Below, one piece after another: positions 1 through 10,012 of a stretch of 64,000 bases of DNA. The stretch's first letter is position 1, and each line of letters opens with the position of its first letter. The position numbers and the translations under genes are program-made. The notes beneath the pieces are model-generated. The model saw only the letters and a list, made by a program, of their open reading frames with translations. It ran no database searches and was not told where the DNA came from. The stretch comes from Pirellula sp. (GTDB lineage: Bacteria > Planctomycetota > Planctomycetia > Pirellulales > Pirellulaceae). The DNA lies in contig JANMGH010000130.1 in the NCBI GenBank assembly GCA_031374515.1, positions 5,318 to 69,317 of the forward strand, written 5' to 3'.

Positions 1-226
1 TGCGGCCACTATGCGATTTGCACTTCAGCGATTCCAAGCGATTTATGGACGCCGAGCAACAACAGTCGATATTGGGATCGTTCTTGGGCTTATCCAAAAC
101 GCAAATTGAACCGATCTACCCTATTGCGAGCGTTAGACACGAAAATAGATAGCTACTTTCCGCCTCCCTGCCACAGAGCAACTGAACTACTGCTTGTTCA
201 TCTCCAAAAACGTGGATTGGCTTAAA

Positions 227-254
227 CGTAACTCGTTAAGAGTTTCGCTACCCC
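227..254. repeat. R1 repeat, single-arm copy (CGTAACTCGTTAAGAGTTTCGCTAC)
   Basis: Ends in TTTCGCTAC, the reverse complement of the GTAGCGAAA head. Contains the hairpin AACTC-GTTAA-GAGTT. Lies just after a TAA at 226-228. Confidence 0.45.
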
Positions 255-318
255 AGGTTTGAGGATTGAAGAAGCAATAAACAAGAGCTCAATAGAGTTA
301 AATTGGGGGTTTTGCCAC

Positions 319-396
319 GTAGCGAAGGCATCAAAACAGCATCGAGACTTTCGGCCACTTGTTGACTTGCCAAAACTCTTGACGAGCATTGCTACC
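319..396. repeat. R1 repeat, degenerate inverted doublet
   Basis: GTAGCGAAGG...ACTTTCGGC / GCCAAAACTCTTGACGAGCATTGCTAC. Same outer GTAGC...GCTAC ends and the same GACTTGCC(A/G)AAACTCTTGACGAG core as the copy at 35769-35835. Confidence 0.55.
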
Positions 397-518
397 ACAA
401 CATCTAATCTGGATATAGCCCTAGTCTTGTTACGGATAACCAAAAACGCTAAAGAGCTTGTACATAAGGATGCATTGAGCATTTGGCATTGGATGGTAAT
501 TTGGGCAGGAGGCCTCGC

Positions 519-3500
519 ATGGTCAGGAAAGCTTGTATTTTCACTATCCTATTTGGATTATGTTTCTTGCTTATTCCTGTTCAGCTGCGGGCCGCCGACC
601 CCGATAGGATAAACGCATGGATCGAGCAACTTCGTAAAAGCTCACCTAACGCAAGAATTCAGGCGTCCGCCAAACTGGGCGAGGCAGGCAATCTGGGTTT
701 GCTTGCAGACAGTTCGTTGGATCCTTTGGCGAACTGCCTCGAAGATCCAAATTCTGACGTGCGAGTCTACGGAGCATTCGCGCTAGGAAGAATAGGGGCT
801 GACTTGAAACGAACCGTCAGCTTGCTCAGTCCATTGTTGTCTGATCCTAATGAGCATGTTCGCTACTCGGCCGAATGGTCGCTCGCTGAAATTTCCAAAC
901 GGATTTCGAATCATGAGATCAACGATTCAATGGCGAACCAATTACTCGACTTGTTTACAGCCGTTGAGAGCCAGATGGTTCGTGGCAACTTTCAGCTGCG
1001 GCATGTTGAAGCTGTTAAGTTGGCATGCGTCAGACTTAAGTCCTACGTCACCAAAATCGAACCAATCGTCAATACGGAAATTCACAAGACCGAAGCCTCT
1101 GCGATCGCTTTAGACCGAGCAACGTTGGATTCGAATCGGATCATTTCAATGTCGTTGTATGAATCCAACGACATTGTAGGTCGGCTCTTGTTCATTGATC
1201 GAATGGCAGATGCTGCAGAATTTGACGATACGCTGCGACTCGCGGTGTTGAAGGGAGAACTGCGTCAACAAGAGTCGCCGGTTGTTTCCTACGCCTTAGA
1301 CCGTTGGCGCGCAACTGGCAGTCGCTTGCTGACAGAACTTCTTGACGAGCTCAAATCAGACGACCTGAATTCCGTCTACGGGGAAAACGTCGTACGATCG
1401 ACAATACCAACTGATTTTTCGCATTGGGATCAGCTTTGCAAAATCGCGGAATCAGAGGCTAATCGTTTAGGACCGCGCGCCGGTGCCTTGGAGGCAATCG
1501 AATACGCATTGCAAAGGGGATCTCCGGATCAGATGATTTTATCGCACGTGGAGTCATCCTTGGTGCGAATAGTTTGTAACGCAAACGCGAACGAACACGT
1601 TCGAATCGCGGCGATCACAGCCATCTCTTCGTTCGGCGAACGGGCAACGAAAAGCACTGGCTTGCTGCTAGACCTAGTAATAGAAGTCCAACTCGCGCCC
1701 GCAATGCGAATCGAAATTGCAAAAGCAATTGCATCGAATTGGCCGAGCTCGCGAGAGTCTGCCGAAGTGATTGCTTCATGCTTAACGGGGATCAATGTCG
1801 AAGATGACTTGTTTCCTTCGTTTGCGGAGACGTTGGGTAGTTTCGGCGCGAACGGAATTTTTGGGCTCCGGCGTCTTATTGAGGGGCTTAGCGCAGAATC
1901 TGTCGTGACTCGGATCGCATGCGCTGAAACGCTTGGAAAGATAGGAAGTATTGCCGCCGAAGCTGCCCCGTCCCTCGTCGAACTAATTGTAAGTACGGAC
2001 GAGGCTATCGACGTAAAGAATCAGGCTGCCAAAGCTCTAAAGCAGATGGCACCGACAGGCACTTTACTGCTGGTCAGAGAATTGAGGCACACAGATGCGA
2101 CTGTGCGGGAGCATTTGCTTCGGGCACTCGTCGTAGTCGCGAATTCATCCAACGACATCATTGCACCTTGTCTTATGAAGTTAACTGACCCTTCCGAGGA
2201 TATGGAAGTTCGCATGGCTGCTGCGACCGCTCTCGGAAGTGTCGGACCACCAGCCAAGGAAGCAGTAGCGGCCTTGTTTCAGGCTTGCGACGACTCGCAA
2301 CCGGCCCGGTTGCGAGCAGCTGCAATGATGGCATTAGCTCGCATTGAACCCATTCAAGCGAAAGTCGTAATCGACTCCCAACTTGACGATTCGCAGTGGC
2401 TTGTCCGCGCTAGCGCTGCGTTTAGTCTCCATCTTTGCGGCTTCACCGCGGAAAGCATCGAATTCCTTTTGGAACTTCTAGACGAATCCGAACACGATCA
2501 ACTCGTTCAGAGCGCATTGGTGGATCTTGGGCCGTCTGCGACGACCCCACTCTTGCAAATTGTCGAGGATAAAGGACGAACCGCAACGGAGCGACTGTTT
2601 TGTATTCAAGCTATGATTGACAACCACCCTGTACCCTGGTCTCGCATTATCCAGCAATTATCTGACGAAGATATTGGCGATCAAACTGCCGACATGATTG
2701 AATCTGCTGATTTGTATGCGACGGACGTCGTCCCGACCTTAGTGGATTGGTTGCGTTCCGGGCAGCTCACTGCATCGACGCGCCGCCGGGTAGTCCAAGT
2801 ATTGCAAGCGGATGGTTTTGGCGCAGTAGATGAGGACGAGAAATGGGCGGATACGTTTGCCCTCAATCAACCCGGCACCAGTCAAATCGACCATCCATTG
2901 CCGAAGAAGAAAAGGGCGTCGTCCGAAATGAAGGCATCCGCATCCCCGCCACCTCTCCCGCCGCCTCAGCCAGCAACGTCACCATCGCCACTTGTAGAAA
3001 AAATCAACGACTTCGTTGTTGAGGGTGCAAACGATTTGGAAATACGACGCACGCTGAACGATGGGGACGATCACAAGGTAGCCGTTTTTTACGGTACGAA
3101 TCGACTCCCAATAGCATCGCAAGCCAAGGGAATCACGGTGACGCTGTTCCACGTCGGTATGGCAAGCATCGCTCTCGTAACCATGTTTGGATGTTTCTTT
3201 CTTTTTCCTCGCCATAGCACTGTTCGTTATGCAATCGCATCCTTGATCGGCATGGGGACCTTTGCAACGATCACGTTGCAGGCGATGCTCGTCTCAAACT
3301 GGCAAATGGCAACCAAGGAGCAACAGCACTACACGGGCACCTATAGCGATCAGATCCAGTATGGAGTTTGCGAAGTATCTATCCCTAAATTGCACCAGCC
3401 AGGTGAGCTAGAATCGCCACAATTTTTCAAACTGGAGGTAGTATCGGATCCAGAAAAACACATTGTTCTTAGTAATGTCCAGTGCATGGCTGCGAGTACA

Positions 3501-4274
3501 TTCCACGCTGCTTTGAAAAGTGAGATGGACCGTAAAGGGAAGAACATCTTTATTTTTATCCATGGCTACAATGTATCGTTTGAAGATGCTGCTCGAAGAA
3601 CAGCGCAAATGGCGTACGACCTTGACTTTGCTGGCGCCCCCATTTTCTATAGCTGGCCGTCGCAAGCGAAATGGTACAACTACGTTATGGACCAAGAAAA
3701 CATCCGATTGAGCGCGGATAAGATCCAAACTTTTCTTCTTGACATCGCTACAACATCACAAGCAGATTCGATCAATTTGATAGCTCACAGCATGGGAAAT
3801 GTCGGACTTACCGCTGCCCTCTGCGAAATCGAACAAAGCTCCAAGCCATACTTCAATCAAGTGGTCTTGGCTGCGCCCGATATTGACGCGGATATTTTCA
3901 AAAATGAGATCGCTCCCAAGATCGTGTCCAAGTCCCATCGAACAACGCTATACACATCCCAAACGGATTTGGCGTTAATCTCATCTCGCTACTTCAATCA
4001 GCGAACTCGTGCTGGCGATTCTGGCCCAGAGACGCTCGTGCTTGAAGGAATTGAAACCATCGATGCAACCGCAGTCGACAGCAGTTTACTGGGGCATTCG
4101 TACTACGGAAGCAACGTTTCGGTGTTGGACGACTTAGCATTGCTGCTTCAAAACCGGCCGATCGAAGCAAGGCAGTATTTAAAAACAATTTTGCTAGGAA
4201 AAAAACCCTATTGGGCGTTCGAACCATCACGCCTAGCAAAAGGTCATTCCAACCCTATCGAAATTAGTCGATAG
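519..4274 (+). CDS. HEAT-repeat / transmembrane / DUF900-type alpha/beta-hydrolase fusion protein
   Basis: ORF 483..4274. The ATG at 519 is 6 nt after AGGAGG (507-512). N-terminal hydrophobic signal/anchor (ACIFTILFGLCFLLIPVQLRA). About 800 aa of HEAT-like units (recurring VR..AA.ALG.IG). Pro-rich linker PPPLPPPQPATSPSP, then two hydrophobic helices. C-terminal IFIHGYNVSFEDA ... AHSMGN nucleophile elbow as in PF05990/DUF900. Confidence 0.85.
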   Translation: MVRKACIFTILFGLCFLLIPVQLRAADPDRINAWIEQLRKSSPNARIQASAKLGEAGNLGLLADSSLDPLANCLEDPNSDVRVYGAFALGRIGADLKRTVSLLSPLLSDPNEHVRYSAEWSLAEISKRISNHEINDSMANQLLDLFTAVESQMVRGNFQLRHVEAVKLACVRLKSYVTKIEPIVNTEIHKTEASAIALDRATLDSNRIISMSLYESNDIVGRLLFIDRMADAAEFDDTLRLAVLKGELRQQESPVVSYALDRWRATGSRLLTELLDELKSDDLNSVYGENVVRSTIPTDFSHWDQLCKIAESEANRLGPRAGALEAIEYALQRGSPDQMILSHVESSLVRIVCNANANEHVRIAAITAISSFGERATKSTGLLLDLVIEVQLAPAMRIEIAKAIASNWPSSRESAEVIASCLTGINVEDDLFPSFAETLGSFGANGIFGLRRLIEGLSAESVVTRIACAETLGKIGSIAAEAAPSLVELIVSTDEAIDVKNQAAKALKQMAPTGTLLLVRELRHTDATVREHLLRALVVVANSSNDIIAPCLMKLTDPSEDMEVRMAAATALGSVGPPAKEAVAALFQACDDSQPARLRAAAMMALARIEPIQAKVVIDSQLDDSQWLVRASAAFSLHLCGFTAESIEFLLELLDESEHDQLVQSALVDLGPSATTPLLQIVEDKGRTATERLFCIQAMIDNHPVPWSRIIQQLSDEDIGDQTADMIESADLYATDVVPTLVDWLRSGQLTASTRRRVVQVLQADGFGAVDEDEKWADTFALNQPGTSQIDHPLPKKKRASSEMKASASPPPLPPPQPATSPSPLVEKINDFVVEGANDLEIRRTLNDGDDHKVAVFYGTNRLPIASQAKGITVTLFHVGMASIALVTMFGCFFLFPRHSTVRYAIASLIGMGTFATITLQAMLVSNWQMATKEQQHYTGTYSDQIQYGVCEVSIPKLHQPGELESPQFFKLEVVSDPEKHIVLSNVQCMAASTFHAALKSEMDRKGKNIFIFIHGYNVSFEDAARRTAQMAYDLDFAGAPIFYSWPSQAKWYNYVMDQENIRLSADKIQTFLLDIATTSQADSINLIAHSMGNVGLTAALCEIEQSSKPYFNQVVLAAPDIDADIFKNEIAPKIVSKSHRTTLYTSQTDLALISSRYFNQRTRAGDSGPETLVLEGIETIDATAVDSSLLGHSYYGSNVSVLDDLALLLQNRPIEARQYLKTILLGKKPYWAFEPSRLAKGHSNPIEISR

Positions 4275-4292
4275 TGTCTCACAAGTAGATGA

Positions 4293-6266
4293 CTAGTCTT
4301 TTGCAGTCGAGGACTCGCTCTTTGCGGAATCAAAGGTCGGAGTCTTTTCCCAATGCATTCGAAGCCCATTTAGTACGACTAGAACCGTGCTTCCCTCATG
4401 CCCTAAGACTCCAATCCAAAGGGGAAGTTCGAAGAAAGTCGAAAGCACTAGAATTGCAATTGTCACAAACGCGAACACCATGTTTTGCCGAACGCGTTTT
4501 CGAGCCATTCGGCTTATCCAAATGGCCATCGGCAATCCCCGCAAGTCATCGCGCATCAAGACCACGTCCGCAACTTCGAGCGCAACATCTGTCCCAGCGC
4601 CCCCCATGGCTATCCCAACATCCGCCGTCGCTAGCGCGGGAGCATCGTTCACTCCATCACCTATCATTGCCACGCACCGACCATTCGTTGAAAGTCGCAA
4701 CAACTCCGTTACCTTGCCATCGGGAAGCAATCCTGCTCGAACTTCGTCGACTCCTATTTCCTTCGAGATAGCCATCGCGACCCGTTCGTGATCCCCGGTC
4801 AACAACACCATTTTCTCAATGCCCAGCTTTTTGAGCTCGGCGATGGTTCCTGCAGCCTCGGGACGCAGCCGGTCTGCCACGCCAATTACACCCCCCATTT
4901 TTTCCTCGACTGCGATTGCGATCAGCGCCGTTTGACCCGCGTCCCGAATCCTCCGAGCATTTTCATCGATACCCTCAAAGAGCGCTACATGGTACGTTTC
5001 GAAGAGACTCTCGCGGCCCACTCCGACCCAAACGCCATCAACCCGAGCGAATACGCCCAATCCGGTATGACTATGAAAATCGGTTAACTCTAGCGAGTTT
5101 ATTGCGATCCCTTGCCGTATGGCCTCCTCTACTACCGGAATGGCCAGCGGATGTTCGCTTTGTTTCTCAACCGCGGCGATGAGTGCAATGAATCGCCTTA
5201 AGTCCGTTCCTGGACTGGTCCAGACTTCGGTGACTGTTGGCCGCCCCTCGGTAATGGTTCCTGTCTTGTCCATCGCCAGCAAGTCTACTTTGCCGAGCAT
5301 TTCCAGGTGAATCGCTCCCTTGAACAGCACACCATGTCGACCTGCAAGTGCGATTGCGGACAACATTACTGACGGGGAGCTTACGACGACTGCACAGGGT
5401 GAAGCAGCAACGAGCAAGACCATAGCATGGTAAAAAGCGTCATATACGCTCGATGTATGAACCATTCGACTGGCCATGAAGACCATGAAAGCAGACACAA
5501 ATACTCCGATCACATACGGCTGCTGCCAAGACTCCACCAAACGCTGCGTCGGTGTTTTTTGAGCTTGCGCCTCATGCACCATGTGCACGATGCGTTCGAG
5601 AGTTGTGTCTGCGATCGCTTTGGTCATTTCGACTGAAATGGTACCCTGACCATTCATCGTCCCGGAAAAGACATTGGAACCGACCCGTTTATGAATCGGT
5701 TCGCTTTCTCCGGTCAATGTAGATTCATTGACCCAAGATTCTCCGTCAATAACGAGCCCATCGATTGCAAAACGCTCCCCCGGTCGAACGCGAATAATAT
5801 CCCCTAACAAAAGCGTTTCCACATCGACAAGTTCGTCAACTGCGGTCTCTTTCGAAATCCGAGTTGCCTGACGAGGGCGCAATTGCACGAGCGATTCAAT
5901 GGAACGATTAGTGCGGTAGGTCGCAAATGCTTCTAAGGTTCCGCTCAATGAAAACAGGAATAGTAGGATTGCACCTTCGACCCAATCTCCCAAAATCGCC
6001 GCGCCAATCGCAGCTGCAACCATAAGCGTATCGACATTCAATTCCCTGCGGAGTATTGCCGAGACAGACTCCTTGACAGGCCGATAACCACCGGCAACGT
6101 ATGCAACGCACCACATCGCGAGCGTCAAATGGATTGGCGCGTTAAACCATCGCGAGCACAGAAATCCTAAGCCGGCGAAGCAGGCGCACACCATCGTGAC
6201 GATGGCGCTTGCAATGGGTGGCGATGAATGGGGGTACTTCGCGGTCGACGGACTCGTGTTGGTCAA
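4293..6266 (-). CDS. P1B-4-type heavy-metal P-type ATPase (Co/Zn/Cd class)
   Basis: TGES (TLTGESEP), DKTGTIT phosphorylation motif, GDGVNDAPAL hinge, SPC in the transmembrane region (AASPCAV), HEGST in the last helix. No N-terminal CxxC metal-binding domain. Confidence 0.9.
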   Translation of the reverse strand: MTNTSPSTAKYPHSSPPIASAIVTMVCACFAGLGFLCSRWFNAPIHLTLAMWCVAYVAGGYRPVKESVSAILRRELNVDTLMVAAAIGAAILGDWVEGAILLFLFSLSGTLEAFATYRTNRSIESLVQLRPRQATRISKETAVDELVDVETLLLGDIIRVRPGERFAIDGLVIDGESWVNESTLTGESEPIHKRVGSNVFSGTMNGQGTISVEMTKAIADTTLERIVHMVHEAQAQKTPTQRLVESWQQPYVIGVFVSAFMVFMASRMVHTSSVYDAFYHAMVLLVAASPCAVVVSSPSVMLSAIALAGRHGVLFKGAIHLEMLGKVDLLAMDKTGTITEGRPTVTEVWTSPGTDLRRFIALIAAVEKQSEHPLAIPVVEEAIRQGIAINSLELTDFHSHTGLGVFARVDGVWVGVGRESLFETYHVALFEGIDENARRIRDAGQTALIAIAVEEKMGGVIGVADRLRPEAAGTIAELKKLGIEKMVLLTGDHERVAMAISKEIGVDEVRAGLLPDGKVTELLRLSTNGRCVAMIGDGVNDAPALATADVGIAMGGAGTDVALEVADVVLMRDDLRGLPMAIWISRMARKRVRQNMVFAFVTIAILVLSTFFELPLWIGVLGHEGSTVLVVLNGLRMHWEKTPTFDSAKSESSTAKD

Positions 6267-6297
6267 TTCTCTTGCCTAGTGATGGACGGCATAGGGA

Positions 6298-7299
6298 TTA
6301 CCGATCTACAAACAGCTTAAGTGCGTCCAAAACATCAAGCATCTGCTTTTGCGTGACGTCTACCCATTTGCTGGATCGATGTCGAACGATACTCAATTTA
6401 AACTGTTCCATTGCGTCCGAGACATCGGGTGGCAAGTCTGGCAACCCGACAAAAGGGTTCCCCGGTTCTTTCGAAGCATCAAACGTTTCGGATTCAAAGG
6501 GTGATGCACCGGGTTGTGAGTCGCCCGCCATCGAGGGATCGTAGTCTTCGTCTCCAAAATCTGGCCCCTCCGCGAGCGGTCCGCTCGATTCAACTCGGTC
6601 CCGTTTTTCGCGATCCGACTCTTCATCTGTTTCGGCCGTTAATGCATCATAGTCGTCATCGATTAGGGAAGTAATCAGTTCCTCATCTTTCGGAGCGTTT
6701 TTAGGATCTCCTCCGCTCGATTCCCAACGGGTCTTTCGCATTTCGGAAATGCTCCAATTGCTCTGCATCGCACCTTCGAGCCACAACTCGGCGTCGTCCC
6801 AATCGATTGCGGCTAAAAAGTGACTCCAATACAGCCCGGGATAACTTGCACTGGTAGTGCCGAATCGTTCGTACACACGACGCAATCTGCCTACATGTTG
6901 ACTGGTCACTGCCCCAACTTGCTTTGCCCAGGTTTCATCGCTAAAGCAACTCGATATAGCCTCCGCTTCGATCAATGCGGAACGCCATTCCGAGATAATC
7001 TTTCCCTTCTCCCAGTTCGTTTGACTGATCAAAGTATGCCATTGGCCAACATATGGGTCCGTGACTATTTGAGCGCGCGGATCGAGCTCCTGGGCGGATT
7101 CTACCGCCAAAGGGGTCACGTCTTCATTCGTTTCAACGTTGTTTAGGAATGCAGGGGGTGGTGTCATATGCAATCGTTGCAGGAGTTTAGAAGGAGGCTC
7201 GTTCAAGCTTAGCTGCGCGTCATACGCACAGAAACGGTCTCGGAAGAGAGTACAGCATGAGCGGTGGTTCACCAACGTCCGAATGCCATGTTCTTTCAT
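6298..7299 (-). CDS. hypothetical protein with acidic C-terminal half
   Basis: Long ORF co-directional with and 31 nt upstream of the ATPase gene. No family recognised. D/E-rich region (TAETDEESDREKRDRVE...FGDEDYDP). The start may be the internal ATG at 7167. Confidence 0.55.
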   Translation of the reverse strand: MKEHGIRTLVNHRSCCTLFRDRFCAYDAQLSLNEPPSKLLQRLHMTPPPAFLNNVETNEDVTPLAVESAQELDPRAQIVTDPYVGQWHTLISQTNWEKGKIISEWRSALIEAEAISSCFSDETWAKQVGAVTSQHVGRLRRVYERFGTTSASYPGLYWSHFLAAIDWDDAELWLEGAMQSNWSISEMRKTRWESSGGDPKNAPKDEELITSLIDDDYDALTAETDEESDREKRDRVESSGPLAEGPDFGDEDYDPSMAGDSQPGASPFESETFDASKEPGNPFVGLPDLPPDVSDAMEQFKLSIVRHRSSKWVDVTQKQMLDVLDALKLFVDR

Positions 7300-7507
7300 G
7301 AATGATTTGCAAACCGATCAGAACATGTCACTTAGAGAAACTTTTCCGTTGGACAACTGTGCAATGATTCGGCGAACTTTATGTGCAAAACTCGTCGATA
7401 GCGTTCACGGAAATCGAACGCGGATTCGTACCAAACTGTGCGGTAGACTATCCCAGGGGCAACCTACGTCAAGAAGTTTCCGGAAATCCTACAGGCTTGG
7501 AAGGTTT

Positions 7508-8677
7508 TTATAGCTCTTTCGTGTTGCGAATTCCGGCCGCTCGATGCAATGCTTTTTTACCAAACTTTTTTGTGATTTCATCGGCAACTTCATCGATCAA
7601 ACGTTGCTGCACGCGTTCGGATTCATCGAAGAGTTCCAACTGTGTCAAGGACTCCTCTTCGAAATTGCTTATACCAAAACCAATTAGCCTAATGGGTAAG
7701 TGACTTTTCGGTAGGCGGTTGCAAAGCAATTCAAGCCCGGCCGCCAGTAACTCGTTGGTAATATTGGTAGGAGATGTGAGCGTTAGGGAGCGTGTCAACG
7801 ACTTGAAATCGGAAAACCTAATTTTCAATTCAATGGTTTTCCCTTTGCGATTGTGTTGGCGTAGTCGCCGACTCACCTGCTCGACCAAAGTCACCAGCCA
7901 AGCCTTGAGATCATCGAGTTCGCGAATATCTTCGGCGAAAGTCGTTTCGTTGGAGATCGATTTCGCCTCCCGGTCAGGCACTACAGGGCGATTGTCAATC
8001 CCATGTGAAAGCCGCCAGTAGTGTTCTCCGGAAGTACCAAATAGTTCATTGAGTGTGTCTCGAGAAAGCGCACGCAATTGCCCAATCGTCGAGATGGCGA
8101 AACGCTGAAATAGTTGAGCTGTAATCTTACCGACGCCCCATATTCTTCCAACAGGCAATGGGTCCAAAAACGCTTGAACTTGGTCAGGTGGAACAACCAC
8201 AAAGCCGTTCGGTTTGTTCAGGTCACTCGCAATCTTCGCAACGAACTTGTTTGGCGCGACGCCGACAGAAGCGGTCAATGAGAGCCTCTCGCTCACCAAC
8301 GCTTTGATATTACGCCCGATTTGTTCTGCCGAACCGAGGAGGCGCTGGCTATGGGTCACATCGAGAAACGCTTCGTCAAGCGACAACGGCTCGACTATGG
8401 GAGTAAACTCCTCAAATATTTGACGAAGTTGAGACGACACAGAGGCATAGTAGTCAATGCGCGGCCGTATAAAAATTGCCTGTGGACATAGCTGTTTTGC
8501 CCGGTAGGCTGACATGGCACTATGGATGCCGAACTTGCGCGCTTCATAGCTGGAGGCCGCCACAACACCGCGCCCTTCTGCCGAACCTCCAACAACCACG
8601 GGCTTGCCCATTAGCGATGAATCGTCGCGTTGTTCAACCGACGCATAAAAGGCATCCATATCGACATGCAAAATCAT
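7508..8677 (-). CDS. dinB: DNA polymerase IV (Y-family)
   Basis: MILHVDMDAFYASVEQRDD start typical of DinB, SLDEAFLDV, little-finger region. ORF track start 8791 trimmed to the ATG at 8677. Confidence 0.9.
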   Translation of the reverse strand: MILHVDMDAFYASVEQRDDSSLMGKPVVVGGSAEGRGVVAASSYEARKFGIHSAMSAYRAKQLCPQAIFIRPRIDYYASVSSQLRQIFEEFTPIVEPLSLDEAFLDVTHSQRLLGSAEQIGRNIKALVSERLSLTASVGVAPNKFVAKIASDLNKPNGFVVVPPDQVQAFLDPLPVGRIWGVGKITAQLFQRFAISTIGQLRALSRDTLNELFGTSGEHYWRLSHGIDNRPVVPDREAKSISNETTFAEDIRELDDLKAWLVTLVEQVSRRLRQHNRKGKTIELKIRFSDFKSLTRSLTLTSPTNITNELLAAGLELLCNRLPKSHLPIRLIGFGISNFEEESLTQLELFDESERVQQRLIDEVADEITKKFGKKALHRAAGIRNTKEL

Positions 8678-8803
8678 GTGTTCATCATACCCCGCAACGC
8701 AGTCTGCCGCCACCGAGGCTAACCAACCCTGACTTGGAGTAGCGAAGTTAGTGTTTAACTTACGATGACTTTTGAAAAGGTGCTTGTCCAACTTATTTTT
8801 CAG

Positions 8804-8879
8804 GTAGCGAAACGCGTCAAGGGTATCGGAAAGTGCAAATCGCCGAAAGTCTTGACGGCGTCTTGACGACTTTCACTAC
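8804..8879. repeat. R1 repeat, inverted doublet with internal duplication
   Basis: GTAGCGAAACGCGTCAAGGGTATCGG ... GCCGAAAGTCTTGACGGCGTCTTGACGACTTTCACTAC. Lies in the divergent dinB/aguB intergenic region. Confidence 0.6.
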
Positions 8880-9032
8880 TTGGCAAAACCACCAACCTCA
8901 ATTTCTAATCTGGACAATTCACTCGGCATAATGCGGCTGTCACGGCATCAGGTTAGCCGTGACGCACGAAGGATGCTAAAATTGGTGGCTCGTGAACAGG
9001 TGTATTTGGATCACTTAACGTCGTAGGTTGAA

Positions 9033-9911
9033 ATGGCTGCATCAAAGGATCGAATTGTTCGGCTCGCAACAGTGCAAATGACTTGTGTCGACAGTCAAGA
9101 ACAAAACACTGTGAAAGCGATCAATCGAGTTCGGCAAGCGGCTTCGTTGGGAGCACAGATTGTTTGCTTGCAGGAGCTTTTTAATGCACCTTATCCATGC
9201 CAAAGCGAAAATCACGAACGATTCCAGTGGGCCGAGCCTATTCCTGGACCCACTAGCTATGCGATGAGCGAAATTGCTAAAGAGTGTTCGGTGGTTGTCA
9301 CAGGCTCTGTATTTGAACGTAGAACTCACGGGCTCTATCACAACACCGCTCTGGTGTTTGATACCGATGGTGCTCAAGTCGGCTTCTATCGGAAAATGCA
9401 TATTCCCGACGATCCGCTATATTATGAGAAGTTCTATTTTGCCCCTGGCGACACCGGTTTTACCGTGGCAAAGACAAAATTTGGCGTCATTGGAGTCGGC
9501 GTTTGTTGGGATCAATGGTATCCCGAAGCAGCTAGATTGTTCGCGTTGAGAGGTGCGGAAATATTGCTTTACCCTACCGCGATAGGCTGGAGCGTCCAAG
9601 ACAAACCTACTTTCGGACGAAGTCAGCACGAGGCTTGGGAGACCATGATGCGTTCACATGCCATTGCGAACGGCGTTTTTGTGGGCGCGGCAAACAGGGT
9701 TGGCATCGAAAGCGATATCGAGTTTTGGGGCGCGTCGTTCGTTTTTGATCCGGCTGGCAATTTGCAGCATCGCGCAAGTCACAGCGAAGAGGAGATCGTA
9801 ATCGTAGAGTGCGATCTCAACCAAATCGATGAGCAGCGAACACACTGGCCGTTTCTTCGCGATCGGCGAATCGACGCCTACGCGGACTTGACACGACGTT
9901 GGATTGACTAA
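9033..9911 (+). CDS. aguB: N-carbamoylputrescine amidase (nitrilase/CN-hydrolase superfamily)
   Basis: VATVQM...CLQELF, YRKMHIPDDPLYYEKFYF.PGDTGF, GVGVCWDQWYPEAAR, LLYPTAIGW. Close to the AguB pattern as I remember it. Confidence 0.85.
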   Translation: MAASKDRIVRLATVQMTCVDSQEQNTVKAINRVRQAASLGAQIVCLQELFNAPYPCQSENHERFQWAEPIPGPTSYAMSEIAKECSVVVTGSVFERRTHGLYHNTALVFDTDGAQVGFYRKMHIPDDPLYYEKFYFAPGDTGFTVAKTKFGVIGVGVCWDQWYPEAARLFALRGAEILLYPTAIGWSVQDKPTFGRSQHEAWETMMRSHAIANGVFVGAANRVGIESDIEFWGASFVFDPAGNLQHRASHSEEEIVIVECDLNQIDEQRTHWPFLRDRRIDAYADLTRRWID

Positions 9912-9943
9912 AAAAAACGGCCAGCTAGTGGCTGGCCGTTTTA
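9911..9943 (+). terminator. Rho-independent terminator (possibly bidirectional)
   Basis: A7 run, then ACGGCCAGC - TAGTG - GCTGGCCGT, then TTT, directly after the aguB stop. Confidence 0.8.
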
Positions 9944-10012
9944 CTGACAGTCTCGATTTCAGGAGTCAAAAATAAATCTTAGGATGGCTTTTTGAAACCA
10001 ATGTCAGGTTCT

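Noticed and set aside
1-228. Open frame running from the window edge to a TAA at 226-228, as a possible 3' end of an upstream gene
   Set aside because: Only 75 codons are visible and I recognise no family (…RSTLLRALDTKIDSYFPPPCHRATELLLVHLQKRGLA). It is plausible but not supportable from this fragment, so it is not listed as a feature.
378-408. Reading the R1 core as a sigma70 promoter (TTGACG-N18-TCTAAT upstream of the HEAT/DUF900 gene; TCTAATCTGGA also follows the copy at 8804-8879)
   Set aside because: The spacing between TTGACG and TCTAAT is 18 nt in one copy but about 35 nt in the other. The remaining copies lack TCTAAT, and copies occur between convergent genes. A promoter role cannot explain the family.
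259-612. ORFs 259..612 and 35474..35869 share a peptide (DLPKLLTSIAT / DLPKLLTSFAT), which might suggest a small conserved protein family
   Set aside because: The similarity is confined to the R1 DNA repeat (…GACTTGCC(A/G)AAACTCTTGACGAG…) and vanishes outside it. ORF 259..612 also overlaps the real start of the HEAT/DUF900 gene. These are translations of a non-coding repeat.
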